Shown piece after piece: positions 25,730-37,990 of a stretch of DNA of 64,000 nucleotides (positions are counted from its first letter, which is position 1; the number at the start of each line of letters is the position of its first letter). A program made the translations under genes and the position numbers. Source of the stretch: the human T2T-CHM13v2.0 reference genome, Homo sapiens; NCBI GenBank assembly GCA_009914755.4, contig CP068257.2:31232001-31296000 (forward strand). The letters run 5' to 3'. The notes beneath the pieces were generated by a model. That model searched no databases. It was not told where the DNA came from and was given only the letters and a program-made list of their open reading frames with translations.

Positions 25730-26220
25730 ACCTATGTTCACAGCAGCATTATTCACAACAGCCAAAGGTGGAAACAACCCAAGGGTTCATTGATGGATGA
25801 ATGGATCCAACAAAATACGGTATGTACATACAACGGGATATTATTCAGCCTTAAATAAGGACTACAATTTTGGCACAGGCTACAGCATGATGAATCTTGA
25901 GGGTAGAATGCTAAATGAAATAAGTCAGACACAAAATGACAAATGCTGTATGATTCAACTTATTTGAGGAATGTAGAGTAGTCAAATTCATAGAGACAGA
26001 AGGCAGAATTGTGGTTACCAGGGACTAGGGGAAGAGGAATGGGGAGTTAGTGTTGAACGAGTACAGAGTTTCAGTTCTGTGAGATGAAAAAGTTCTGGAG
26101 ATGGATGGGGGTGATGGTTGCCCAACAATGTCAATGCAGTTAATGCCACTGAATTGTACATTTAAAATGGTTAAAATGGCAAATTTTACATTATGTGTAG
26201 TTTACTACAAAAAAAAAGTT
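25730..26220 (+). mobile_element. LINE-1 3' end (L1MA/L1MB-like), sense, ending in poly(A)
   Basis: tgttcacagcagcattattcacaacagccaaaggtggaaacaacccaagg ... gaatggatccaacaaaatacggtatgtacatacaacgggatattattcagcc ... ggggaagaggaatggggagttagtgttgaacgagtacagagtttcagttctgtgagatgaaaaagttctggagatggatggg ... actacaaaaaaaaag. Confidence 0.85.
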
Positions 26221-26224
26221 CTGC

Positions 26225-26781
26225 CAAAGAAGAAATCAATATTCCAGTGACACACTTGATTTTCAGAAACTTTGGTATCGGTGGCTTTTCTTTTAGCAGA
26301 TTGAAAAAAAAATTCATAAATTTGGTGATAGGCTGGGGGGAAACAAGACAAACTTATGCAAGGCTGGTGAGAATGTAAATTTGTGCGACCCCTACAGTGG
26401 GTAGTGGAGCGATAGATATGAAAGCAGAAATTCATAGATCCTTTTGCCCAACAATCTCAATCCTGGGAACAGCCCTGATAAGAGTGAAAGATTGACAAAT
26501 AACCCAACTGTCCATCAATATTAGTAAAGGACTGTTGAATCGATCAGTACATCTCCACAATGGAAGACCATGTGGCTGTAAGTAAAGAATGAGCAGTGTT
26601 GTATGGACTGCTGTGGAATAATCTCTAGGATATGTTGTAATGTGCAAAAAAGCAGAGGCAAGTACCATGTGTACTTAACTCGCACAGTGAGTTCACCATG
26701 TGAGTGAACTCTTGTATTAAGAAAAAATAATGTCTATATATTTGCTTACACATACCCTGAAATGTACATAAGAAACTTGCT
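26225..26781 (+). mobile_element. Older LINE-1 ORF2-end/3' fragment, sense, directly downstream of the previous L1
   Basis: ggctggtgagaatgtaaatttgtgcgacccctacagtgggtagtggagcgatagatatgaaagcag ... cccaacaatctcaatcctgggaacagccc ... caactgtccatcaatattagtaaaggactg. Confidence 0.55.
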
Positions 26782-27243
<462 letters not shown>

Positions 27244-27299
27244 TTATCTATCTGTGAGCATATGTGTGATGGGAGGACAAGAATTGAGAAGATGGGATC

Positions 27300-27400
27300 A
27301 GGAAGAGGAGGGAGGACATATGATTATCTATCTATCTATCTACACACATGCATATATACATATATATACACACACATACATATGCACTATGTGTATGTAA
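27300..27400. repeat. Compound simple repeat (TATC)n / (TA)n / (CA)n
   Basis: gattatctatctatctatctacacacatgcatatatacatatatatacacacacatacatatgcac. Confidence 0.8.
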
Positions 27401-28789
27401 CTCCCTGTGAAAATATTTTCTATTCAACAAATTAAAAAAAAAAAACTTTAGTCAGAAGTGAAATTACATAGAATTTGGGATGCCTTGCCATAAATGGCCT
27501 CTCCATAGTACCTCATCCTGGCATCACCTAAATGGGAGGGTTCTACCCCAATAGCTGAAAGCCCTGCCTGAGCCTTGGGGGCTCTGTGCTGTGGCCAGTG
27601 CTGGACCATGCAGCTCTGGATGCCCCCGACCTGCCGTTCCTCTGACCACTCATGAGAAGCCCACAGGGGCAGCTCTGCCCCCTCACCTTCTACTTCCATT
27701 GTTCCCACTTTTAGAGACCAGAATTTTCCCCAAACAAGTCAACATCTTGCTGTGTTTGCAGAAAACATCCTAGCATTGGAGGGACTGCCAGATGGAAAAA
27801 TAGCTCCCCTTTTCCATTTAGAAGTGGCTTGTTTGATTTCAAAATATAAACCCTGTCCTAATAATAAAAATTACTTTTTTTCTCAGAGATGTGCCAAAGA
27901 CCCTCACCATCTATCCACAGGAGAATGTTCCATTTTTTTGGATGCCTCATAGTCACCTGGTGTGGGGGACAGACCCTGTGGTGGCCCCACGGTCCGCACC
28001 TCCTGGTATTCACACCCTTGTGTGCTGCCCTCCCCTTGAGTGTGGGCAGACCCTGTGACTTGCTTCATAGTAGAATGTGACAAAGATGATGGGCTGTCAC
28101 TCCTGGGCTTACGTTACATCGTGCGAAACCCGACTTACAAACAGATTTGCTTTTGTGCTCTTGCTGGCCTTGAAGAAGCAGGCTGCCATGTCGCGAATTG
28201 TCCATGCAGAGGCCACATGGCACATGAAGTGTGAACCATAAAAGAAAAGTTGACAAATGGTAATGATGCCTAGGAAAGAAAGATAAAGAAAAAGGGGTGC
28301 AGGAAAAACAAGAGGCCCAGCACCACAGAGTTAAAAGCAGTGTTTTGCTGGCTAATGCCAAACATGGACAACCAAGCCACAGATTTTTCCATAGCCCGAG
28401 AAGTTTTGTTTTTCTCAATGAAAAATCAGAAGACTTTGCATTAAAGCATATCAGTGATATAGATAGCCTCAAATAATCAAAAAGAATTTACAAAGCTGTA
28501 CAACTCTGGTGTCAGTTAGCTTGGTGGAATGACACTGTTGCTCTCTTTTCTGTCTAATGGGCATTTCCTTCTAAGATATTAGTTCTGCCTCCCACGTATT
28601 GCTGCTACTGGATGCTTGACGGCTGTGAGTCTCAGGCATGGGGGACTGACGGTTTTGGTGTGTGTCTGGGTGAGCACAAATTACCTGAATGCTGATGTGG
28701 TAGGCGTCTCCTGGAAAGAACACTGTCTTTAATTGACTTAATGTTATTTTCACCTGGATAAAAATTTCAAATTTTTATACTATTTGTAT

Positions 28790-29184
28790 TTTCTTTCCTT
28801 CTTTCTTCTTTTTTCTTTCTCTTTCCTTTCTTCTTTTCTTTCTTTCTTTCTTTCTTTCTCTCTTTCTTTCTTTCTTGCTCCCTGTCTCTCTCTCTCTCCC
28901 TTCCTTCCTTCCTAACTTCCTTTCTTCCCTCCTTCCTTCTTTCTTCCTTTTTCTTTCTTCTTTCTTTCCTTTCTTTTCCTCTTTCTTTCTTTTCTTTTTT
29001 CTTTCTCCTTTCTTTCTTTCTTTTTTCTTTCTTTCTTTCTTACTTTCTCTTCCTTCCTTCTCTCTTCCTTCCTTTTCTTCCTTCTTTATTTCTCTCTGTC
29101 TCTCTCTTTCTGTCTCTCTCTGTCTCTCTCCCTCTCTTTCTGTCTCCCCCTTTTTTTCTTCCTTTTCTCTTTTCTTCCTTTCAT
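28790..29184. repeat. Long (TTTC)n/(CTTT)n/(TC)n polypyrimidine-polypurine microsatellite, about 400 bp
   Basis: ttctttccttctttcttcttttttctttctctttcctttcttcttttctttctttctttctttctttctctc ... tctctctgtctctctccctctctttctgtctc. The run is continuous with the poly(T) end of the minus-strand Alu at 29185. Confidence 0.95.
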
Positions 29185-29455
29185 GGGTCTCGTTCTGTCA
29201 CCCAGGCTGGAGTGCAGTGGTGCAATCCTCGCTCACTGCAGCCTCAAACTCCTGGGGCTCAAATGATCCTCTCACCTCAGCCTCCTGAGTAACTGGAACT
29301 ACAGGTTTACGCTATCACACCTGACTAATTTTTAAATTTTTTGTAGAGATGGGATCTCACTATGTTGCCTAGGCTAGTCTTGAACTCTTGGCCTCAAGCA
29401 ATCCTCCTGCCTCAGCCTCTCAAAGTGCTGGGATTACAGTCACCCTGCCTGGCCC
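29185..29455 (-). mobile_element. Alu SINE (reverse complement); its A-tail side abuts the (TTTC)n tract
   Basis: gggtctcgttctgtcacccaggctggagtgcagtggtgcaatcctcgctcactgcagcctcaaactcctggggctcaaatgatcctc ... caaagtgctgggattacagtcaccctgcctggccc. Confidence 0.85.
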
Positions 29456-29980
29456 ATTTTTTTTTCTTTAGGGAGCTAGGGGTGAGTGTTTTGCATTTTC
29501 GTTTCCTCTCTTGTACTGTCAGCCTGGCTTCTGTTAGCACTCCTGTGTCTGGAGGACCAGGAAATCCCAGCCTAGAAGACTACCTAGAAGCTCCTTCCTG
29601 GCCAGAGAGGAGGACTGAGAACACCATAGCAAAGGGCTGCTGTTCTGAGCATGAGCAGAACCCCCCTTAGACCTAACTTCCTGCTTTTCCTCTATGACAG
29701 CCTCGAGGTCTTTAGGAAAACGGTGACTCTGGAGCACAGCCCTGGATCCCTGATGGCAGGTGGATGAATCTGCTCCCCACCTGGATGCTGCTAGTCCTTT
29801 CTCCAGGCTCCGTGACTGAAAATGTGCTTTACTTGGCAAAAGCTGTTTCTCCTCAGAACTCTAGAAATCAGATCTTGGCCCACCTCTTTCAGGTAAGGAC
29901 CTTCTTAAAATTGATGCTTGACCCAACTAAATTTGAATTACACCCTATCCCTCTTGGCCTTGTAAAATCGTATGTATATA

Positions 29981-30268
29981 TTTTGAGACGAAGTCTTGCT
30001 CTGTTGCCTAGGCTGGCATACAGTGGTGTGAGCTCAGCTCACTGCAACCTCTAACTCTGAGGTTCAAGTGATTCTCCTGCCTCAGCCTCCCAAGTAGCTG
30101 GGACTTACAGGCACACACCATCACGCCCAGATAATTTTTCTATTTTTAGTAGAGATGGGGTTTCACCGTGTCGCCCAGACTGGTCTCGAACTCCTGAGCT
30201 CAAGTGATCCGCCCGCTTCAGCCTCCCAAAGTGCTGGGATTACAAATGTTAGCCACCACCCCTGGCCC
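29981..30268 (-). mobile_element. Alu SINE (reverse complement)
   Basis: ttttgagacgaagtcttgctctgttgcctaggctggcatacagtggtgtgagctcagctcactgcaacctctaactctgaggttcaagtgattctcctgcctcagcctcccaagtagctggga ... ccaccacccctggccc. Confidence 0.9.
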
Positions 30269-30289
30269 ATATAGAATTACTGTAGAGTT

Positions 30290-30420
30290 CAAATTCTGGT
30301 TCTTGCATGTCCTGGCTGTATGACCTTGTGCAAGTTACTTAACATCTATGTGCCTCATTTTCCTCATCTGCAAAATTACCTCTCCTTGGTGTCAGCATGA
30401 GGATTAAATAAGAAAATGAA
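30290..30420 (+). mobile_element. MIR SINE core fragment
   Basis: ggctgtatgaccttgtgcaagttacttaacatctatgtgcctcattttcctcatctgcaaaattacctctccttggtgtcagcatgaggattaaataag. Confidence 0.8.
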
Positions 30421-31018
30421 GTCTAAAGTTAGTATCATTGGAAAAAGATAAATCAGGTTCCCATACTCATGGCTTACTAAGTATTAATTGGGGGGAGGAG
30501 GTTAATTCATTGTGTGGTCAGGAATTCCTTTCATGGATCAGTAATCAACGCATAAGTCCACCTTCATCTGGTTGGAAACAGTGTTGGTGATGGTGGGGAG
30601 GGGTCATTTGTAGGAGGAGATATTTAGTCATGTGACTCATCACTGTTCTACCACATATCCACAGGAGGCAGCCTTTAGGCTAGAACTATGAAAGCAGTTA
30701 GGATGGAAAATTGGAAAGTGGTTCCAGGGGACAGCCTAGGATAGATACAGATTTTCAAAAATTGAGATTTAAATGTCAGCAACATTGCTCATTAATTAAC
30801 TTGTTTGACAAACATTGAGTGCCATATCCTACCTTCTGGTCCCATCAAAAGGAGTAAAACTCAGCCCTCATCCTCAAGGAGCACTTAGATCAAGCCAACT
30901 TGTTGGTTTTTAAATTGTATTTGATAATGCATTGGACTTTGCTAAATTCTAGAGAATACTTACAAAATCAAATGCATGTCTAATCATGTAAAATGAGGGA
31001 CACGTAAGAATAACCGGG

Positions 31019-31396
31019 TGTATTAGTTCATTCTCATGCTGCTATAAAGAACTGCCTGAGATTAGGTAATTTATAAAAGAAAGAGGTTTAATTAACTCAC
31101 AGTTCTGAATGGCTGGGGAGGCCTCAGGAACCTTACAATCATGGTGGAAGGGGAAGCAAACACATCCTTCTTCACATGCTAGCAGGAAGGATAAGTGCTG
31201 AGCAAAAGGGGGAAAAGCCTCTTATAAAACCATCAGATCTTGTGAGAACTCATTTACTATCACAAAAATAGCAGCATGAGGGTAACCGCCACCATGATTC
31301 AATTACCTCCCACTGGGTCCCTCCCATGAAATGGGGGGATTATGGGAACTACAATTCAAGATGAGATTCGGGTGGGGACGCAGCCAAACCATATCA
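31019..31396 (-). mobile_element. ERVL-MaLR solo LTR (THE1/MST-type), antisense
   Basis: tgtattagttcattctcatgctgctataaagaactgcctgagattaggtaatttataaaagaaagaggtttaattaactcacagttctgaatggctggggaggcctcagg ... catgattcaattacctcccactgggtccctcccatg ... gacgcagccaaaccatatca. Confidence 0.85.
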
Positions 31397-32279
31397 CTGG
31401 AAGTGAATAGAATTTGTTGAGACAAATTGAAGAGTAATTTGTTTTATTGAAGTGAGTGCAACTCATTGGTATTTTACTGTGTTCTGGGATCCAGGAGCCC
31501 AGTTTTTAGAACCTCCTCCAACCAAGACCACTTCATTATTCCAGCAGACTCACTGACCCTTTCTTATGTACAGTTTTCACTACTTTCCCAGATCCCTTGT
31601 GTTTAGATCTGGCAAAAAAACTAGTTCTAGCCAAAGAAATATGCACCCTGACCAAACTTAGACAATTGAGTATCTGCTTTCCACAGGCTCTTTCTATTTC
31701 ACAGCAACCTTGCAGGCCATGTGTTAAAAATGGTGCTATACAAGATGAAAGGAGTCTGGGATCCTGAGTTACTGCTTGGGAGGGAAATTTTCAATCTAAA
31801 ATGGATTGTGGTACAAGCAGAAATAAACCTGTCATGTGTTAAACCACAGAGGTTTGGGGGATGTTTGTTACTGCAGCTTGTGTAATTTACCCTGACTAAT
31901 ATACTCTGTTACCATCCTTGACAGGGCATATCTGGTCTTTCTATCTAATGCTACCTCTGGGTTTTAGTGGGAAAGAGGCCTCAAGGAAAGGGATTCTGTA
32001 TATCAATGTTGACATTTCTTCTTCCTATATATAGCTGAACATTGGAGAGATTATGTTTGTTTAGAAAAGTTTTCACAAATCCTTTGTCATGAAGATTTCA
32101 GAGAAAGGTGACCATGAATTGTGTTAAGGTGACTTTTTATACACCAATTAAATAACCTGATTCAATGATTGCAGGGCATGAAGAGAAACGACAACAGTCT
32201 TGGGTGTTCTGATCTGAGTAGCTTGTCAGTGCCTAATAGCTCCTTTGCTGCATGTAGATACAAATGACCAATCTTACAC

Positions 32280-32280
<1 letters not shown>

Positions 32281-32306
<26 letters not shown>
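32281..32306. repeat. Poly(T) homopolymer run, about 26 nt
   Basis: cacttttttttttttttttttttttttttaccc. Confidence 0.9.
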
Positions 32307-32310
<4 letters not shown>

Positions 32311-33217
32311 CTCAAGCTAGATTTTCTTTCCTCAAGAAAATGTGAAAATGTCACTGGTCACAACCTCTAAGCCCTATAAGTTTATGTCTTTATTTTATGT
32401 TCTGGAGAGAAAAAAAAATTCACAATCAGAGAGAAAAGTAATTTTTCCGTTACTAATAAGCTACGTATGTGCAAAAGGTTAGTTTTGGAATTTCTTTCAA
32501 AGATCCTGTGATTCAAAGTAAAATATTTGGTAAACTATAATGAGGTAATTGTGAGAAATGAGACATTAAAGTGTGTTTGGAGCCTTTTATATATTTCAAC
32601 TTTAAAAACAATTTGGTGTCTCCATCATTAAAACTAAACTTTCACCTGCTACAGATCTCCTTCTTTGCTCCAAAGACTATTGTTTGTTTGAACAGGGTGG
32701 AAAGGAGGTTGTCAGAGGCCTTTTACACAGTGCAAATGAGAGCAGAAATCAGCGGGGCCACAAGTGTTAATGAGAGAATGGCTGCTGATCAGAGCGTGGA
32801 CTTGGCCACAGAAAGTTTATCTTGAATTTTAGAAGTTTTTCAGTTGGTTATTGGTGGTTGCAATAAAATAAATTACTTCTAAAATATAAATATTGAGTGA
32901 GTCATAATGTCTTAAATGATTATGACCACAGTTTGCAGACCTTGTGTTGTAACTTAAACTTGACATTTAAGCATTCAGCCTGCATTTAGAATTTCTAAAT
33001 CTTAATATGTATTACTGCACACACATTTTGAAAAATATATAGATGAATATATAGCATTTATACCAATACATATAAACACATATTTCTTTTAAAAGATAGG
33101 CAAATACCATCATTTCTTCACTGGTCAACTCATGGAAGTCATGCTTACTAATCAACTTTTCATGGATCTAACATTTTATGCATTCATCTATAACACAGCT
33201 TTTCCATTGGATAATAA

Positions 33218-33561
<344 letters not shown>

Positions 33562-33857
33562 ATCCTCGTTTTCTAGATGAGGAAACTGAGGCTCAGCAAA
33601 TGACATTGTTACTGAGACAAATGTTTGAGCCAGGGAGGTGCTTGGAAAGACTATGGGGCTCTGAAGAGGGCAATTAAATTAAAATAAAGGGTGAGTTATT
33701 GTGAATATATGAACTACTCTAAAAAGATGAGAAATGTCACTCTCCCACTCAAAGTAGGGGAACTGGATGAGTGCAGGACCCTGAAATGTGGAAAGGCATT
33801 TAATGTAGGGAATGATGCTTATAAGAGGGTTTGAAGAGCTAGAGCAGAAGGCAGAGG

Positions 33858-34235
33858 GCATCCCCTGTAACTATTAGCCAATAACTCCCCACTCTTCCTC
33901 TTCCAAGCCACTGGTAGCTTCTAACCTACTTTCTCTCTCTAGAAACTTGCCTATTCTAAAAATTTCATACAAGTGGAATAATACAATCATACAACATTTG
34001 TCATTTTGTGCCTGGATTATTTCACTTTATATAATATTTCCAACATGTTACATGTTGTAGCATGCACAGAACTTTCTTTCTTTCCATGTCTGAATAATAT
34101 TCCGTTGTATGGATATGCCACATTTTCTTTATCAATTCATCTGTTGATAGATGCTTGGGTTGTTTCCATCGGATTGTCTTTTGATATGACACATACTATC
34201 CTCAGATCTACCTCCCTCCCTTCCTCTTCCCCAAA
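33858..34235 (-). mobile_element. LINE-1 3'-region fragment (older L1M/L1P-type), antisense
   Basis: ccaataactccccactcttcctcttccaagccactggtagcttctaacctactttctctctctagaaacttgcc ... catacaagtggaataatacaatcatacaacatttgtc ... tgaataatattccgttgtatggatatgccacattttctttatcaattcatctgttgatagatgcttgggttgtttccatc. Confidence 0.7.
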
Positions 34236-36387
34236 GCTGCTCAACCAGAGGCTTGGGTAACAATTGGCCACACCCAACTTATCTAAGTCTGTTCTGTCCT
34301 CCATTCAGATGGGAGCCCACCCTTCAAGACGACTATATAGAAAATAAAACTATTGTCCTGAGAGACCATCTTTCTTGCTATTTGGCACCCACTATAAATC
34401 CTCATGGGCTATATCCTTTTGAGAGACACCATCATTTTAAATTTGAAGATGTGCTATTTATTGTTGTTTTTCAGCTCCAGACTCACCCTTCTAAATTCTG
34501 CTCTATGCTATTGGATTGGAGCAGAGGTTTTACAAACCACATGTTCACTTTCCCTGCAGGCTCCATGTTAGGCTCTGCCAAGAGGGTGTACTGAAGAGAA
34601 GCTAAAAGATTGGAGCAGAAAAAAGGAACCTGCTCCTTCTTGTTTGCTTCCTGTCCCTCTCTGCATCACCCAAGCATGCTTCTTCACCCCAGCAGCAGCA
34701 GTTCTTTCACACAGTAGGAGCTGCATGCAGTGAGCGGTGTTTCCAACAGTTATAGATCCTACCTCATTGTACCACTCCCCCACCTTGAGGACCAGCACTA
34801 GCTGGCAGGAGCATCTTCCTCACAGAACTGAATTTAAGCCCTACAAGGTCCCTCTTGTTAGCCCAGAAACATCATCAGCAGTTGGGCAGGGCCCTGTCCT
34901 CTGAGATCTGAGTTTCTGTTCCTCAGAGTCATTACATTATATGTTTTAAACATACCTCTTCCCTTTGTTTCTGCCAGCCCTAAGGTGGTGCTGCTTCTTG
35001 TAGTTGCTACTTCCATCTGTGACTTTCCAGTTAACTTTTAAACAATTTTATAACTAGTTAACAGCTATTTGTGTTAAATTCTCACTTTAAGTCCTTGGTT
35101 ATAAGGTGTCTTCTCCCCGTCCTCTCCCAGACCATACACAATACATGGACATCGCACACATACTGCATGTGCATATGGAGTAGGAACATTCCCAATCAAG
35201 ATAGTGAATATACTGTGGAGGGCTTTAGAGTGAGGCCAGACCCCATGGATCCAGGGACCTTCCCTGAAAAGGACTGAAGCCCACTGTGGTCATTGAAGAA
35301 CAGTGGAAAGCTCTGGTGGGAACTGCGCAAGTAGAAGTTCCTCCAGATCAGGAACCTTTTCTGTCTCTTGACAAGGTAATATTGAGGAGTCTAAGAGAGG
35401 GTGGTCAAGGTCAGGCAGTCCCAGGTGATGGAAGAAAGGTGGCTTCTGAGGAATGGTATCAGACCTTCATGTCTCCTTTCTTCTGTGGTGCCCATAAACA
35501 AAGATTGGCTTAAACATACCAACTTAGTTCTACTAGGGCAGATTAGGTGATGGGTCCTGTACCCATCTAACATTAGATACCAGAATCAAATGTTAGAAGG
35601 GAGCAGTGACTCCCTCCCCCAGGGGTGAGTGGCAGCTATAATTCATAAGAACTTTCCACTGGGGAAGGTGAATCGGTCCAAGACTGACTTGCAATAAGGC
35701 TTGGAGCTGAAGACAAGAAACACTGATGGACATGAAAACTATTGGATAAAAGTTTGAAGAGGGACAAGGTATTAAATTCTCTGAAAGTATTTCTCCACAG
35801 ATTATTTATTAATTACAAAGGGAATTATAGTAATCAGGTGAAGAAACTTGGCAGACCCCACCCTATGGAAGTGATCAAAGTTGACACCACTCGCAATGGG
35901 ACAAACTGACATCATTTGGCTCCTGATATGATGCACTGAGAAGGGCACAGCATTGCTTATGTAATACACCTGTCAAATGCACAATTAAGCAGCTTGAATT
36001 CACATTGTGGAATAGTCTGCAAAGCCACTGGCCGGCACTCTTCAAGAATGTTATGACTTGAAAGACAAAGAAAGGCTAAGGAACTTTTCCAGATTAACAG
36101 AGACTAAAGAGACATGGCAACAAGCTGCAATACGTGATCAAGATTGGAGCCTGGGTCAGGGGAAAATTGTCCCAAAGGACATTTTTAGGATGATAGGCAA
36201 AAATTAAATATGGGCTATCTATTAGATAATGGTATTATATTAACATTACATTTTCTGAGTTTGATTAATTGTGCTATGATCAGAGACTCTCCATGCCATG
36301 TTCTTGGGAAACATACACTAAAGTGTTTGGGGGTAAAGAAAGGGGTTGAGAATAGCCAGAGCAAGCCTAAGCACACACACAAAAAAA

Positions 36388-37804
36388 AGCTGGAGGCATC
36401 ATACTACCTGACTTCAAACTATACTATAAGCCTATAGTAACCAGAACAGCATGATACTGGCACCAAAATGGACACATAGACCAATGGAATAAAATAGAAA
36501 ACTCAGAAATAAAGCCACACACTTACAACCATCTGATCTTCGATAAGGCCAACAAAAACAAGCAATGGTGAAAGGACTTCCTATTTAATAGATGTTGCTG
36601 GGATAGCTGGCTAGCCATATGCGGAAGATTGAAACTGGACCCTTACATATCACCACATACAAAAATTAACCCAAGGTGCATTAAAGATTTAAATGTAAGA
36701 CCTCAAACAATAGAAATCCTACCAGAAAACCTAGGAAATACCCTTCTTGACATCGGCCTTGACAAAGAATTTTTGGCCAAGACCCCCAAAACAACTGCAA
36801 CAAAAACAAAAATTGGCAAGTGAGATGTAATCAAACTAAAGACATTGTGCACAACAAAAGAAACTATCAATAGAGTAATGGACAACCTACAGAGGGGGAG
36901 AAAATATTCACAAATTATTCATCTGACAAAGGTCTAAAATCCAGAATCTATAAGGGACTTAAATCAACAAGCAAAAACCAAATAACCGCATTAACAGATG
37001 GGGAATGGACACAAACAGACACTTCTTAAAAGAAGACGTGCAAGTGGCCAAAAAACATATGAAAAAATTCTCATCATCACTAACCATCAGAGAATGCAAA
37101 ACCAAAACCACAATGAGATACCACCTCACACCAGTCAGGATGGCTGTTACTAAAAAGTCAAAAACCAACAGATGCTTCTGAGGCTGTGGAGAAAAGGGGA
37201 CAGTTATACACTGTTGGTGGAAAGGTAAATTGGTTCAGCCACCGTGGAAAGCAGTTTGGAGATTTCTCGAATAACTTAAAACAGAGCTATCATTCAACCC
37301 AACAATTCCATTAGTGGGTATATACCCAAGGGAAGATAGATCATTATACCAAAAAATATATATACTCATATGTTCATCGCCATGCTATTCACAATAGCAA
37401 AGACATGGAATCAACCCAGGTGCCCATCAATAGGCAATTGGATGAAGAAAATGTGGTACCATGGAATACTATGCAGTCATAAAAAGAATGAAATCATGTT
37501 CTTTATGTCAACATGGATGGAGCTGGAGGGTGTGATCCTAAGCAAACTAATGCAAGAACAGAAAACCAAATACTACTTATTCTCATTTATAAGTGGGAGC
37601 TGATCATTGAGCACATAGGGACATAAACATGGGAATAATAGATGCTGCAGAATACTAGAGGGGAGAGGGAGGGAGGGGGCATGGGCTGAAAAACTACCTA
37701 CTGGGTGCTATGCTGACTACCTGGATGAAATATACCCATGTCGCTAACTTGCACATGTACCCACCCCTATATCTAAAATAGAAGTTGAAGGTTTAAAAAA
37801 AAAG
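36388..37804 (+). mobile_element. LINE-1 (L1P-type, L1PB-like) 3' 1.4 kb, sense: ORF2 C-terminal third plus 3' UTR plus poly(A)
   Basis: aaagctggaggcatcatactacctgacttcaaactatactataagcctatagtaaccagaacagcatgatactggcaccaaaatggacacatagaccaatggaataaaatag ... caccacaatgagataccacctcacaccagtcaggatggctgttactaaaaagtc ... ggggagagggagggagggggcatgggctgaaaaactacctactgggtgctatgc ... gaagttgaaggttt(A)10. The track ORFs at 36629-36823 and 37370-37603 are ORF2 debris. Confidence 0.9.
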
Positions 37805-37990
37805 AAGAAAGAAAGAAAGGGGTTGAGGATGCAATGAACTCTCAAACAGTTTAGGAAAATAAAGTGAGAAGGTGAATCTCAGGATACACATGAGAAAGAG
37901 AGATAGGGAGATTGAGAGACTGTGGGAGAAAGAGAGACAGAGAGAGATGGGGGAGAGGACTTATACTATGAGAGTTTTTGTATTATTCTG
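37805..37990. repeat. GA-rich low-complexity / (GA)n-like block following the L1 tail
   Basis: gaagaaagaaagaaagg ... gagaaagagagatagggagattgagagactgtgggagaaagagagacagagagagatggggg. Confidence 0.7.

Noticed and set aside
28875-29288. 137-aa plus-strand ORF (LPSFLPNFLSSLLPSFFLFLSSFF...)
   Set aside because: Pure translation of the (TTTC)n tract.
36629-37603. ORFs with L1 ORF2-like peptides (…[37 protein letters not shown]…; …TIAKTWNQPRCPSIGNWMKKMWYHGILCSHKKNEIM…)
   Set aside because: These are genuine L1 ORF2 homology, but fragments of a dead, 5'-truncated L1P copy. They are not a functional gene.
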